A DNA stretch of 64,000 bases, taken from Methanomassiliicoccaceae archaeon. GTDB taxonomy: Archaea > Thermoplasmatota > Thermoplasmata > Methanomassiliicoccales > Methanomassiliicoccaceae. Under the pieces are notes generated by a model that was not told the origin of the DNA, did not search any database, and saw nothing but the letters and a program-made list of their open reading frames with translations. Shown one piece after another: positions 20,373-29,826 of the stretch; the stretch's first letter is position 1; each line of letters starts with the position of its first letter. The translations under genes were made by a program, and so were the position numbers. The stretch covers positions 1 to 64,000 of the forward strand of contig CAVSJV010000005.1 in the NCBI GenBank assembly GCA_963728405.1, written 5' to 3'.

Positions 20373-21455
20373 ATGGTCGGAGGGATGAGCTCGAGGACAA
20401 GGTTCGCGGTCATAGGCGGTTACCTAGGCGCTGGAAAGACGACATTGATGGTTGCTCTGGCCAGGCATCTGAAGGAGACTCGACACAGATCGGTGGCGGT
20501 GATCACCAATGATCAGGGTCACGTGCTCGTTGACACCGAGTTCGCCGCCGGCGCGGGCTTCGACGTCAAGGAGATCATGGGGGGCTGCTTCTGCTCGACC
20601 TTTCCGGAGTTCGTCAAGAGCGCCCGGTCCATAGTCCAGACCAGCCGGCCGGACGTCATCATCGCCGAACCAATCGGCACCTCGACCAACATCCTGTCCT
20701 CGGTGGTGGAGCCCCTGCGCAGCCAATACCCGGAAGAGTTCAGCGTGGCTCCGTTCATGGTGGTCGTCGATGCCACCCGGGCCGCCCGGCTGGGCGAGGG
20801 GGATCGGTTGATCCCGGCCCATCAGGTCAAGGAGGCCGAGTTCGTCCTTCTGTCAAAGGTGGACATGCTGGACGCCCCAGGTCTGGAGCAGGCCACCGAG
20901 GCCGTAAAGCGGCTCGCCCCCGATGCCAAGGTGATCCCGTACTCCGCTCGCACCATGATGGGGGTGGAGGCTATCGCCGCTCTCGTCCTTTCCGAGGAGA
21001 TGAGCATGAAGGCTCGCGCCAGTGAGGACCACAAGCGTTTCGCCGCCGAGAAGTCGGCAATGTCCTGGTTCTCGTCCACCTGCCGCCTGATACCGTCAGA
21101 GAGGGTCGATCTCTATGACCTCGCCACATCGGTGTTGCGAGCCGCCTCGGATGCTTTTCCGGTCGATGATCTCGCCCACGTCAAGGTAATGGTCACCTCG
21201 CCCAAGGTCGGGGTAAAGATGTCTCTGGTGGCCGACTCGGTGCAGACCGATGGCGTTAGAGGATCTCGCTATCTGACCGAGGAGGCCAGGCTGGTGGTCA
21301 ACGCCCGGGTGATGTCATCCCCGAAAAAGCTGGGAGAGGTCATGCGGGCGGTGGTCGGATCACTGCCGTCGAAGATGCCGCTCAAGATCGAAGATGTCAC
21401 CGAGTCCTGTTATTCACCCAGGCCGGAGACGCCGGTGTTCTTCTCCGGGCAGTAG
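20373..21455 (+). CDS. Second COG0523/CobW-family GTPase
   Basis: GGYLGAGKTT, ITNDQG, GCFCS, AEPIGT, LSKVD; paralog of 18525..19599. Confidence 0.85.
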   Translation: MVGGMSSRTRFAVIGGYLGAGKTTLMVALARHLKETRHRSVAVITNDQGHVLVDTEFAAGAGFDVKEIMGGCFCSTFPEFVKSARSIVQTSRPDVIIAEPIGTSTNILSSVVEPLRSQYPEEFSVAPFMVVVDATRAARLGEGDRLIPAHQVKEAEFVLLSKVDMLDAPGLEQATEAVKRLAPDAKVIPYSARTMMGVEAIAALVLSEEMSMKARASEDHKRFAAEKSAMSWFSSTCRLIPSERVDLYDLATSVLRAASDAFPVDDLAHVKVMVTSPKVGVKMSLVADSVQTDGVRGSRYLTEEARLVVNARVMSSPKKLGEVMRAVVGSLPSKMPLKIEDVTESCYSPRPETPVFFSGQ

Positions 21456-21656
21456 GTCCCGGCGCCCATTTTTCTCATACTATCCAGTGCAGTGGAAATA
21501 AGGGTTCCTCTCCATCGCGGGTTAACATTTCCGCGATTTTCTTATTTCAATTCTCATATTTGAGCGCCGGAACAGCGAAATATCCCCATTCCAGAGAAAA
21601 GTTATTTAACGCTTATCAAGTCTTATCTCACGTCTGGAAAAGGGGGCACGTGTTAT

Positions 21657-22100
21657 TTGGTCGCTGTAGACGATATGAACCATCGCATCCTCAAATTGCT
21701 GAAGATGGATGGAAAGATGACCTATCGGGAGATCGCCTCCAAGTTGAGACGCTCTCCGTCCACGGTCCGCGATCGCATACGGCGCATGGAGGACTACAAC
21801 GTCATCCTGGGCTACGCGGCCATCGTGAACAATGAGCTCATGGGCATGCAGTCCGACGCGATCGTCCTGGCGAACGTGGGAGAGGGCATCAACTCCAAGG
21901 ACCTGCGCAAGCTGCACGAGGTCGAAGGCGTGATGGAAGTGCTTCTGGTCAGCGGCGGGAAGCGGGTGATGGTCCGCCTCCACGCCCCCGACAACCGGAC
22001 GCTCGACAACACCATCGCCAGCTCGATCATCCCTATTGGCCTGCAGGACGTGGAGGTTCGCATCGTTCTGGAGTCGGTGATGCGCTTCCCCGGGATCTGA
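21657..22100 (+). CDS. Lrp/AsnC family transcriptional regulator
   Basis: RILKLLKMDGKMTYREIASKL..SPSTVRDRIRRME...ILGY. Confidence 0.9.
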   Translation: MVAVDDMNHRILKLLKMDGKMTYREIASKLRRSPSTVRDRIRRMEDYNVILGYAAIVNNELMGMQSDAIVLANVGEGINSKDLRKLHEVEGVMEVLLVSGGKRVMVRLHAPDNRTLDNTIASSIIPIGLQDVEVRIVLESVMRFPGI

Positions 22101-22102
22101 GC

Positions 22103-22921
22103 TCAGATGGGGGTCGGATCGAAGTGTCCCCGGAACGGGCGAGAGGACAGCGGCCCGACCTTATTGAACTTAGACCAGTCCCTTCCGAGGCTCGCTCCGA
22201 AAGCCTGCTCGTAATCGGACATCAGCCCCTCGAGCACAACCTTATCCTCATCGCTCAACGGCTGTATGGCCGCTCCTGTTCCGAGCTGGTGCTCGGTCAC
22301 CGGGCCGCGAACATAGATGGAGCCACCATGGATGCCAGCTCCGATGAATGTGCCTACCGGCGATTCCCCCTCAGGAACGCCGTTACCCAAGATCAGGATG
22401 TTGCCGCCGGCCATGTACTCGCCGAGATAGTCTCCAGCGCGACCGCCGATGATCACCGTCGGCTTCAGGTTACCGAAGGCCTTCATGTGGATCCCGACGC
22501 GATAGCCGGAACTCCCCTTGACCAGGATGCGCCCGCCCCTCGCGGCTAGCCCGGTCACGTCCCAGGCATTGCCGTGGACGACGATGCGGCCGGAGGACAT
22601 GGTGTTACCGGTCATGTCCTGGGCATTGCCGAAGACCTCGATGGTGGGGCCATTAAGGAACGCTCCCAGATTGTTGCCCGGAGTGCCCTTGATCCCGATA
22701 TACAGTTCTTTGTTAGTGGCGGCCGAGGCGATGTACCGCTGCCCCATCACTCCTTCGATGACGATGTGGGTGGCCCCATCTTCCATGGCCTTGCGTATCT
22801 CTACGTTCAGCGTCCGGTAGTCGATGGGGCGACCCCATTCATCACGGCCGGAGGCGTCGATGGTGGTTTCCATGTGCCCGTCGCCGCTCTGATGGATGTC
22901 CGATGGACAAGCGCAGGTCAT
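22103..22921 (-). CDS. Glutamate synthase GXGXG beta-helix subunit (GltB domain 3)
   Basis: GQRYIA, GTPGNNLGAF, GYRVGIHMK, LGEYMAGG; last gene of the split glt operon. Confidence 0.85.
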   Translation of the reverse strand: MTCACPSDIHQSGDGHMETTIDASGRDEWGRPIDYRTLNVEIRKAMEDGATHIVIEGVMGQRYIASAATNKELYIGIKGTPGNNLGAFLNGPTIEVFGNAQDMTGNTMSSGRIVVHGNAWDVTGLAARGGRILVKGSSGYRVGIHMKAFGNLKPTVIIGGRAGDYLGEYMAGGNILILGNGVPEGESPVGTFIGAGIHGGSIYVRGPVTEHQLGTGAAIQPLSDEDKVVLEGLMSDYEQAFGASLGRDWSKFNKVGPLSSRPFRGHFDPTPI

Positions 22922-22925
22922 GTGT

Positions 22926-24482
22926 TCATCCCCATCCTTCGCCGACGTGCTTGACACCCATGATCTCGGCGATCTTAGGGTTCGGGCCCAGGTATCTCAG
23001 ACGGTCGCGGTTTCCGACCAGCGATTCGACCGAGTCGATGCCCATGGCCCCCAGGATCTCCTTGAGCTCCTCGTTCCAGGCAGAATACAGCCGGGTGACG
23101 CGCTGGGCCCCCACGTCGGGATCGAGACGCGCGACCAGCTCTGGTTTCTGAGTAGCGATGCCCCAGGCGCACAGCCCCCTGTGACAGGATTGGCAGACCC
23201 GGCAACCCATGGCCACCAGGGCGGAGGTGCACACCATGGCCACATCCGCCCCGAGGGCGATGACCTTGATCATGTCCGCTGAACTGCGGATGGAGCCGCC
23301 GGCGCAAACGGTCACACGATTCCTCAGCCCCTCATCCGTCAGCCGCCGATCGACGGTGGCAATGGCCACTTCTATAGGTAGGCCAGCATGGTCTCGGATG
23401 ACCCTTGGGGTGGAACCGGTCCCGCCCCGGAAGCCGTCGATGGTGATGAAGTCGGCCCCCGCCCTGACCACGCCGGACGCGATCGCTCCGACGTTGTGGA
23501 CGGCGGCGATCTTGACGCCCACCGGCACGCGGTACTCGGTGCTCTCCTTGAGAACGGAGATCAGCTGCTGCAGGTCCTCTATCGAGTAGATATCATGATG
23601 TGGGTACGGAGACAGCGCGTCGGTGCCCAGGGGGATCATCCTGGTCGAGGAGATGAGGTCAGTGACCTTCTCCCCGGGCAGGTGGCCGCCGTGGCCCGGC
23701 TTGGCGCCCTGACCGATCTTTATCTCCACCGCCGCGGTTCGCTTGAGGTACTCGGCGGTGACACCGAACCGGCCGGAGGCGACCTCGCTGTTGATGTGAT
23801 CGGCGTACTGGAAGAAGTCGGGATGCAGCCCGCCTTCGCCGGAACCGGCCAGGATATTAAGTTCCTTGGCGGCCATGAACAGCGCCTTCTGGGTGTTGTA
23901 GCTGACCGCTCCGAGGGAGATATGGCCGAGCATCAGGGGCATGTCCATGGCCACGATGGGCCCGGAGCCGTCGCTGGCGGTGACGCAGCCGTCACCGGAC
24001 AGGGTCACCTTCCCGGACCGGCGGCCCACGTAGGTACGGGTCTCCACCTGCTCCCTAAGGGGGTCGATGGACGGGTTGGTCACCTGGGCCGCATCGAGAA
24101 CGATGTGGTCGAAGATGTGGTCATAGGGCATGTCGTTCCCGCAGGAGGAGAGGAGAACGCCGCCGGTGCTGGCCTGCGCGGTGATCCCCTGGCGTACGCG
24201 GTCCGTGTAGGTGGCGTGAGGGGCCATCTGCGACGGCACGATCCTGATCTCGATGGAGCGGTTTGGGCACATGGCGGCGCAGCGCTGGCAGGCCACGCAT
24301 CCACCCTTGTACACGATCTTGTTGCCCCGGGACTCCAGCGCCCCGAAGCTGCATTCCTTGATGCACCTCTTGCACATTTGGCAGGTATCGCGGTTGAACA
24401 CCGGCTGGAACTTGTCGAGGATGATGTTGTCCGATCTCCTCTCGCTTTCGGTATGTGGCCCAGGCTTGGTCGAAGTGCTCAG
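22926..24482 (-). CDS. gltB: Glutamate synthase FMN subunit with N-terminal 2x[4Fe-4S] ferredoxin (GltB domain 2)
   Basis: CQMCKRC..C, CVACQRC..C, SGEGG, ASGRFGV, IKIGQGAKPGHGGHLPGEKV, HHDIYSIEDL, CRVCQSCHRGLC. Start inferred at a CTG overlapping the upstream TGA. Confidence 0.88.
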   Translation of the reverse strand: MSTSTKPGPHTESERRSDNIILDKFQPVFNRDTCQMCKRCIKECSFGALESRGNKIVYKGGCVACQRCAAMCPNRSIEIRIVPSQMAPHATYTDRVRQGITAQASTGGVLLSSCGNDMPYDHIFDHIVLDAAQVTNPSIDPLREQVETRTYVGRRSGKVTLSGDGCVTASDGSGPIVAMDMPLMLGHISLGAVSYNTQKALFMAAKELNILAGSGEGGLHPDFFQYADHINSEVASGRFGVTAEYLKRTAAVEIKIGQGAKPGHGGHLPGEKVTDLISSTRMIPLGTDALSPYPHHDIYSIEDLQQLISVLKESTEYRVPVGVKIAAVHNVGAIASGVVRAGADFITIDGFRGGTGSTPRVIRDHAGLPIEVAIATVDRRLTDEGLRNRVTVCAGGSIRSSADMIKVIALGADVAMVCTSALVAMGCRVCQSCHRGLCAWGIATQKPELVARLDPDVGAQRVTRLYSAWNEELKEILGAMGIDSVESLVGNRDRLRYLGPNPKIAEIMGVKHVGEGWG

Positions 24483-25708
24483 CAGAACACCCCCTTGAAT
24501 GGTTCTTCGGTGCCGCGGCGGACTAGGCCGACGCCCACCTTGGCGATCATTGGGCTTCCGGGATTGCCGACCCAGGTCTCTGCGGCATCCTTCTCGACGA
24601 CCCGCACTGCGCACTCCTCGGAGGCGGCGTACAGCCGCTTGCCGTCACCGGACTGCCCGAACAGCAGGGGGCGGAGCTTCTTACGGTCGGCCATGGCGAT
24701 CATGGTGATCTCGGGGCGGCTACGCCCCACTAAGATGGAGAACGGTCCATTCAGGAACGCCTCCTTGTAGGTGATCCTCAGCTGCTCGCCCAGTGCGCGG
24801 CTCTGGGGGTCCAGGCGTTGGATGTCGTTGTGATACCACGGGGCGAGGGCGAACCCGGCAGCCTGCAGCGGTAGCTTATGCCTGCGCACCAGCAGGTCCC
24901 ACAGGTAGGTGACGACCTCGGTGTCGGTGAGCAGGGAGCACTTGTAACCATTCATCTCCACGAACTTCCGGTTGACCCCATACGAGGTGATCTCACCATT
25001 GTGGCAAACGGACCAATCCAGCAGGCTTATGGGATGGGCTCCGGCCCACCACCCGGGGGTGTTGGTGGGAAATCTAGAGTGGGAAAGCCACATCGACGCG
25101 GAGTAGCGGTCGATGTCATAGTATTTGGCGATCTCATAGGAGTAGCCGTTCCCCTTGAACACGGCCATATCCTTGCCGCTGGAAACACAGATGGCGCCAG
25201 GTATGACGCCGTTGATGCCCATGACAATGTCTACGATGCACTCATCGGGCTCCTGGTCCTTGATGCGGAACCGCTCCGATGAGGGGTCCGGGTTAAAGAA
25301 ATATCTCCATACAATGGGATAGGGAGGACGCATGGAGGGGACCTTCTTGGTGGGCACGACCTCGTCCCTGACGATGTCCCCGCGGTTCTTCAGATACTCC
25401 TCCACGGTGGACATGGCCTTCTCGTTGTCGAAGAAGAACTGCAGACAATAGGCTTCCTTGAGGCCGTTGTCGAACAAGCCATACGCGGAATAGCCGGCCC
25501 CCAGGCCGTTCTCTCGCTCGCTCATGGTCGTGAGCATGCGACCGATCGCTTCTCCCGACATCCTGGCCCCACTAACGTCGATGACGCCGGCGATGCCGCA
25601 TCCGCCCATGATATGATCTAGCCCGAGTGGCTTCTGGGCCCCGTAGCTCGGTAATGGGGGGAACTCGTCTCTCCTGTCTACATAGCCCTTGTTCTGCTTA
25701 TTCTGCAT
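24479..25708 (-). CDS. Glutamate synthase class II glutamine amidotransferase subunit (GltB domain 1)
   Basis: GCGIAG, ERENGLGAG, HSRFPTNTPGWWAGAHP, HNGEI, TDTEV, LNGPFS, DRKKLRP. Confidence 0.88.
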   Translation of the reverse strand: MQNKQNKGYVDRRDEFPPLPSYGAQKPLGLDHIMGGCGIAGVIDVSGARMSGEAIGRMLTTMSERENGLGAGYSAYGLFDNGLKEAYCLQFFFDNEKAMSTVEEYLKNRGDIVRDEVVPTKKVPSMRPPYPIVWRYFFNPDPSSERFRIKDQEPDECIVDIVMGINGVIPGAICVSSGKDMAVFKGNGYSYEIAKYYDIDRYSASMWLSHSRFPTNTPGWWAGAHPISLLDWSVCHNGEITSYGVNRKFVEMNGYKCSLLTDTEVVTYLWDLLVRRHKLPLQAAGFALAPWYHNDIQRLDPQSRALGEQLRITYKEAFLNGPFSILVGRSRPEITMIAMADRKKLRPLLFGQSGDGKRLYAASEECAVRVVEKDAAETWVGNPGSPMIAKVGVGLVRRGTEEPFKGVFC

Positions 25709-26310
25709 GCCTTGACCTCTTTGCGATCTCGCGGGCCGGGCCCGCTTCACTTATATTATGTGCCGCTCGCCCCTGTGCAAACGGCCGTTATCTATTACCC
25801 GACCCCATAGGGTTTATTAATCGTTGTTGCCTAAATGAGTCATACGAGAATTAAAATTTTCGAAATTCGTATACTTTATTGCAATTTTATCCAGGGTATG
25901 TCTAATGTATTTTAATGTTTTTAGATAAACATCTAGAAATCTGTTGTTTTGAGTTTTTTGAGAACCAACATTTTTACCTTCTATCCGCCTGTTGGTCATT
26001 TTTACCGTTAGTTAATGGGTGTTAATGGTGAAAGACACCGTTTATCATGCTCCTCAAAGGGCCAAAATTATTCCTCTACGACGGGTCCGAAAGCTCGTTC
26101 TGAGTCCTCAAGGAATGGGGATTAATGCGGCCTTTTTGAATCCAGAGCGTAAATGGTCCAACGACCGGTAATTGTCTTCTTCATGTTAAATGGTAATTTC
26201 AGAATCTTTTTTTATAAGTTGTACATAGGGGTGTTTAGGGTGTCGTTCTCACGTCATCGCTAAAGCTCACGCTCATCCCCCAACTGCCGAACCTGGACGA
26301 GATCAGACAG

Positions 26311-26883
26311 ATGCGCAAGCGTCTGGACCTGTCGCAAAGGGAACTAGCTTCGCTGGCCGGGGTCTCCCAGTCGCTCATCGCCAAGATCGAGAAGGGGAGC
26401 ATCGACCCTTCCTACGACAACGTCCGCAAGATCTTCAACGCCTTCGAGGACATCTTGAAGAAGAGGGCAATGGAAGGAAAGAACATGGGGGCACGGTTCA
26501 CTGTGGGAGACCTGGCCACCCGCGGCGTCATTTCCATCTCTCCTGAAGCGTCCCTGGCCGAGGCCGTGGACAAGATGATGAAGGGGAGGTTCACCCAGCT
26601 GCCGGTCATGGTCGGCGAGAGGATCGTCGGAGGGGTCACCGACGACCGCATTCGTGATTATACTATAGAAGAGACGAGGAACCAGCGCAAGTCCTACGAC
26701 GAGGTCATGCAGACCCGGGTCGAGGCGATCATGGAGAACCCCTTTCCCATATTGTCGGAGGACACCCCCATCGAGCTGGCATCCCTGCATTTACAACGCG
26801 AGGAAGCGGTCCTTATCACCCGGCGGGGCACAATCATCGGCATCCTGACCAGCGCCGACTTCCTGGACCTGGGCCTACATTAG
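26311..26883 (+). CDS. XRE-HTH plus CBS-pair transcriptional regulator
   Basis: RKRLDLSQRELASLAGVSQSLIAKIEKGSIDPSY plus two CBS domains; true start probably about 10 codons upstream. Confidence 0.88.
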   Translation: MRKRLDLSQRELASLAGVSQSLIAKIEKGSIDPSYDNVRKIFNAFEDILKKRAMEGKNMGARFTVGDLATRGVISISPEASLAEAVDKMMKGRFTQLPVMVGERIVGGVTDDRIRDYTIEETRNQRKSYDEVMQTRVEAIMENPFPILSEDTPIELASLHLQREEAVLITRRGTIIGILTSADFLDLGLH

Positions 26884-26891
26884 GAAGAGAT

Positions 26892-27503
26892 ATGAAGAAG
26901 AACGAGTTGGAACGGGCCCTTCAAAGGGTGACGCCGCACTCCAAGCCCCGGCCGGACCTGGAGCAGTACTCGACCCCGGCGGTCATCGCTGCGGACATGC
27001 TCTTCATTGCTCATTCCTTTGGTGACATAGAGGGGCGGACGGTCGTGGATCTGGGTTGCGGCGGGGGCATCCTGTCCATAGGGGCGGCGCTGTTGGGTGC
27101 GGAGAGGGTCACCGGTATAGAAGTGGACGCGGCGGCCTTGGACGACGCCCGACGGAACGCCATCAGTGCCGGCGTGGACATCGAACTACTGAACATGGAT
27201 GTGAGCAAGGCGGACCTCAAGGCCGAAACTGTGATCATGAACCCCCCCTTCGGTGCCCAGCGTCGCAACGCCGACCGGCCGTTCCTGGAAGCGGCGGTAC
27301 GCATCGCCCCGAGGGTGTACACGCTCCACAATGCCCGCACCATCGATTTCCTGGAGCGCATGGTCCCGGCCATGGGAGCGGCGATCTTCTTCCAGAAAAG
27401 CTATAAATTCGAGATTCCTCATATGTTTGAATTCCACGACAGGAAGAAGAAGGAAATTGAAGTAGCGCTGTTGTGCATAAGTTCATCGGATGTGACAAAA
27501 TGA
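26892..27503 (+). CDS. METTL5-family RNA methyltransferase
   Basis: LEQYSTP, DLGCGGG, MNPPFG, ADRPFL, FEFH. Confidence 0.88.
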   Translation: MKKNELERALQRVTPHSKPRPDLEQYSTPAVIAADMLFIAHSFGDIEGRTVVDLGCGGGILSIGAALLGAERVTGIEVDAAALDDARRNAISAGVDIELLNMDVSKADLKAETVIMNPPFGAQRRNADRPFLEAAVRIAPRVYTLHNARTIDFLERMVPAMGAAIFFQKSYKFEIPHMFEFHDRKKKEIEVALLCISSSDVTK

Positions 27504-28057
27504 GCAAGAAGACGGTTTTACCCGGCGACGAGGTAGCGGTCGCTGAGGAGTTCATGCCCGCCGAGGGCACTTATGAGCAGGATGGTAAGATCCTGTCCAG
27601 TCTGGCCGGGGAACTGGAGCTCGACCAGGAAGAGAAGGTCGCCAAGGTTTCTCCCAAGAACCCGATGGTGACGCTGAAGAACGGCGACAGCGTGTTCTGT
27701 CGCATCACCGACGTCAGGGCGAGCATGGCCATCTGCGACATCTTCGCCGTTGAGGGCAAGGAGCGGGATATCACCGGGGAGACGTCGGCCACCATCCACA
27801 TCTCCAAGCTCTCTTCCGAGCACGTCCAGGACGTCGGACGGGAGTTCCGTCCGGGCGATCTAGTGAGAGCCAAGGTCATTCAGACCCGGCCCTCGGTGCA
27901 GCTCTCTACACAGGAACCGCACTTCGGCGTGGTGAAGGCGCTCTGCCGCAAGTGCCGGGCCCCTATGACCAAGCAGGGTAAGTCGCTGAAGTGCGATTCG
28001 TGCGAGCGGGTCGAGAGCCGCAAGGTCGCCGACGACTTCGGCGATATAAACGCGTGA
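27500..28057 (+). CDS. csl4: Exosome complex RNA-binding subunit Csl4
   Basis: VLPGD...EEF, S1 domain IHIS...GDLVRAKV, zinc ribbon CRKC...CDSC.RVESRK. Confidence 0.9.
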   Translation: MSKKTVLPGDEVAVAEEFMPAEGTYEQDGKILSSLAGELELDQEEKVAKVSPKNPMVTLKNGDSVFCRITDVRASMAICDIFAVEGKERDITGETSATIHISKLSSEHVQDVGREFRPGDLVRAKVIQTRPSVQLSTQEPHFGVVKALCRKCRAPMTKQGKSLKCDSCERVESRKVADDFGDINA

Positions 28058-28180
28058 ACGCTTCGGTCCGAGGATTCATGGGCACTCGGACCGGGCTTCG
28101 TTTTTCATAGGCCAGTATAAACAGTCTCGCCCATGGGAATAATCTTATAAGAGAGGTCGTTATTAGACGGGGAAGGGTGC

Positions 28181-28360
28181 ATGATGACCAAGAGCAACGA
28201 AGATCTCGTCCGCGAAATCACGGAACTTAAGAACGAGATGAAGCGGATGAAGGAGGCCCTTAACATGCTCTTCTCCCTGGTGGTCGAGTCGGACGAAGAG
28301 GATGATGAGGACATCGGCTATCCCGGAATCGTCCAGGAAACGCCAAGGTTCAATACCTAG
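28181..28360 (+). CDS. Small acidic coiled-coil hypothetical protein (59 aa, below ORF-track cutoff)
   Basis: GGAAGGGTG RBS-like sequence, then MMTKSNEDLVREITELKNEMKRMKEALNMLFSLVVESDEEDDED...PRFNT*. Confidence 0.6.
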   Translation: MMTKSNEDLVREITELKNEMKRMKEALNMLFSLVVESDEEDDEDIGYPGIVQETPRFNT

Positions 28361-28420
28361 ACCATTTTTTACTTCTCAGGTAATTTACATGTTCATTCTA
28401 AGCGGGGGAGATGGTTCGTC

Positions 28421-29068
28421 GTGAAGGTGGTCTGCCTTCTGTCGGGCGGGATCGATTCTCCGGTGGCCGCCTACACGCTGGGAAAGAATGGCGCTGAGCT
28501 GATCTTCTTGCACATGGACAACCGGCCCTATTCGGACGAGTCATCGGTCGACAAGGCCCTGGAACTGGCCGTCAAGGTCGGGGAAGCGGTCGGCCAGACG
28601 GTCTCACTATATGTCGCTCCCCACGGCTTCAACCAGCTGCAGATCTCCAAGCACTGCCAACGAAACCTGCAATGTGTGCTGTGCAAGCGGACCATGCTCA
28701 AGGTGGCCAGAAACCTCTCCCGGAAGCTGGGTGCGGAGGCGGTGGCCACCGGCGAGTCCATGGGCCAGGTGGCGTCACAGACGCTGTATAATATCGTTTC
28801 CGAGCAGTCCGGCCTGGACTATCCGGTGCTGCGGCCGTTGATCGGCCTGGACAAGCTGGAGATCGAGAACATCGCCAAGAGGATCGGCACCTATGAGATA
28901 TCGATCCGGAAGGGAATGCCGTGCACAATCGTGCCGTTCCGTCCGGCCACTATGGCCACCCCGGAGATGATCAGGACCCAAGAAGCCCGGCTGGACATTG
29001 AGAAACTGGCGCTTGATGCGGCGAAAGAGGCCTTCGAGCTCAGAACACCGAGCAGCTCTGGTACCTAG
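28421..29068 (+). CDS. thiI: ThiI-like PP-loop tRNA thiolase catalytic domain (no THUMP domain)
   Basis: LLSGGIDSPVA, CVLCKR, TGESMGQVASQTL, LRPLIGLDKLEI...IGTYEIS, distal Cys. Confidence 0.75.
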   Translation: MKVVCLLSGGIDSPVAAYTLGKNGAELIFLHMDNRPYSDESSVDKALELAVKVGEAVGQTVSLYVAPHGFNQLQISKHCQRNLQCVLCKRTMLKVARNLSRKLGAEAVATGESMGQVASQTLYNIVSEQSGLDYPVLRPLIGLDKLEIENIAKRIGTYEISIRKGMPCTIVPFRPATMATPEMIRTQEARLDIEKLALDAAKEAFELRTPSSSGT

Positions 29069-29291
29069 TCTCGTCGAGCATGTCGGGCGTGACGCGGTCT
29101 ATATAGCGGGCCTGGACCCGGGAAATGTACAGCGTGTTGGTCCCGACCTTGACGCGTAGATCGGTCTCTTTAGGCGCCTTCATCTCTATGGGCACGATGA
29201 CCGGCCCGGAACAGGAGGTGGATACACGGTAGTCACGCTTGTTCTTCAAAATAAAGTCGATGACCTCCTGGTCCACCTGGATGCTCTGCAT
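29040..29291 (-). CDS. Small conserved-looking hypothetical protein
   Basis: DYRVSTSCSGPVIVP...PKETDL..KVG.NTLYISRVQARYI; host-like codon usage. Confidence 0.6.
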   Translation of the reverse strand: MQSIQVDQEVIDFILKNKRDYRVSTSCSGPVIVPIEMKAPKETDLRVKVGTNTLYISRVQARYIDRVTPDMLDETRYQSCSVF

Positions 29292-29361
29292 GGCAGGGGC
29301 ATTGGGCCGACCGTATTTAGTGGTTGCGAAAGCTTTTGTCACTCATCCCCTATGGGGGTCC

Positions 29362-29826
29362 GTGAGATATGTCCTGGACACCTCCGCGCTGTTCGCTATG
29401 CAGGACCTCCCCGCCGGGGAGGTCTACGTCACACCGGGCGTGGTGGCCGAGCTGCGGAAGTATGAGGACCCCCGGCTTAGGTTCTGGGAAGACCTGATGG
29501 TAGTGACGGGGCCATCTCCCCCATCTCTTGCACGGGTCCGAGAGGCGGCCAAGGGGACCGGCGACGATGGGCGGCTATCTCCCACCGACATCGAGGTCCT
29601 GGCCCTGGCCTTGGAACTGAAAGCGGTCCTGCTTACCGATGATTACTCCATTCAGAACCTGGCCCGGGTCATTGGGGTGGAGTACCGGGGCGTGGGGATG
29701 AAGGGCATCAAGGAAGTGATGACCTGGAAGTATCGCTGCACTGGCTGCCGTAAGGTATGGGACCAGAACTACCCCGATTGCCCGGTCTGCGGCAGCGCGC
29801 TGCGGTCCTCGCGATCACGGAAATGA
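29362..29826 (+). CDS. nob1: Nob1-family PIN endonuclease
   Basis: YVLDTSA, LSPTDIEVLALA, LTDDYSIQNLA, CTGC...CPVCGS. Confidence 0.9.
   Translation: MRYVLDTSALFAMQDLPAGEVYVTPGVVAELRKYEDPRLRFWEDLMVVTGPSPPSLARVREAAKGTGDDGRLSPTDIEVLALALELKAVLLTDDYSIQNLARVIGVEYRGVGMKGIKEVMTWKYRCTGCRKVWDQNYPDCPVCGSALRSSRSRK

Noticed and set aside
21493-21507. NrpR operator near the Lrp/glt region (ggaaataagggttcc)
   Set aside because: Spacing is 7 nt, not the GGAA-N6-TTCC consensus, and it is not upstream of the glt operon.
23388-24770. Long antisense ORFs (460 aa here; also 44445..45329, 43393..44304, 50006..50764, 57937..58785)
   Set aside because: Shadow frames of well-supported genes in GC-rich DNA, with no recognisable motifs.
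25800-26230. Possible ncRNA in the AT-rich divergent intergenic region
   Set aside because: Only weak hairpins; adequately explained as divergent promoters.
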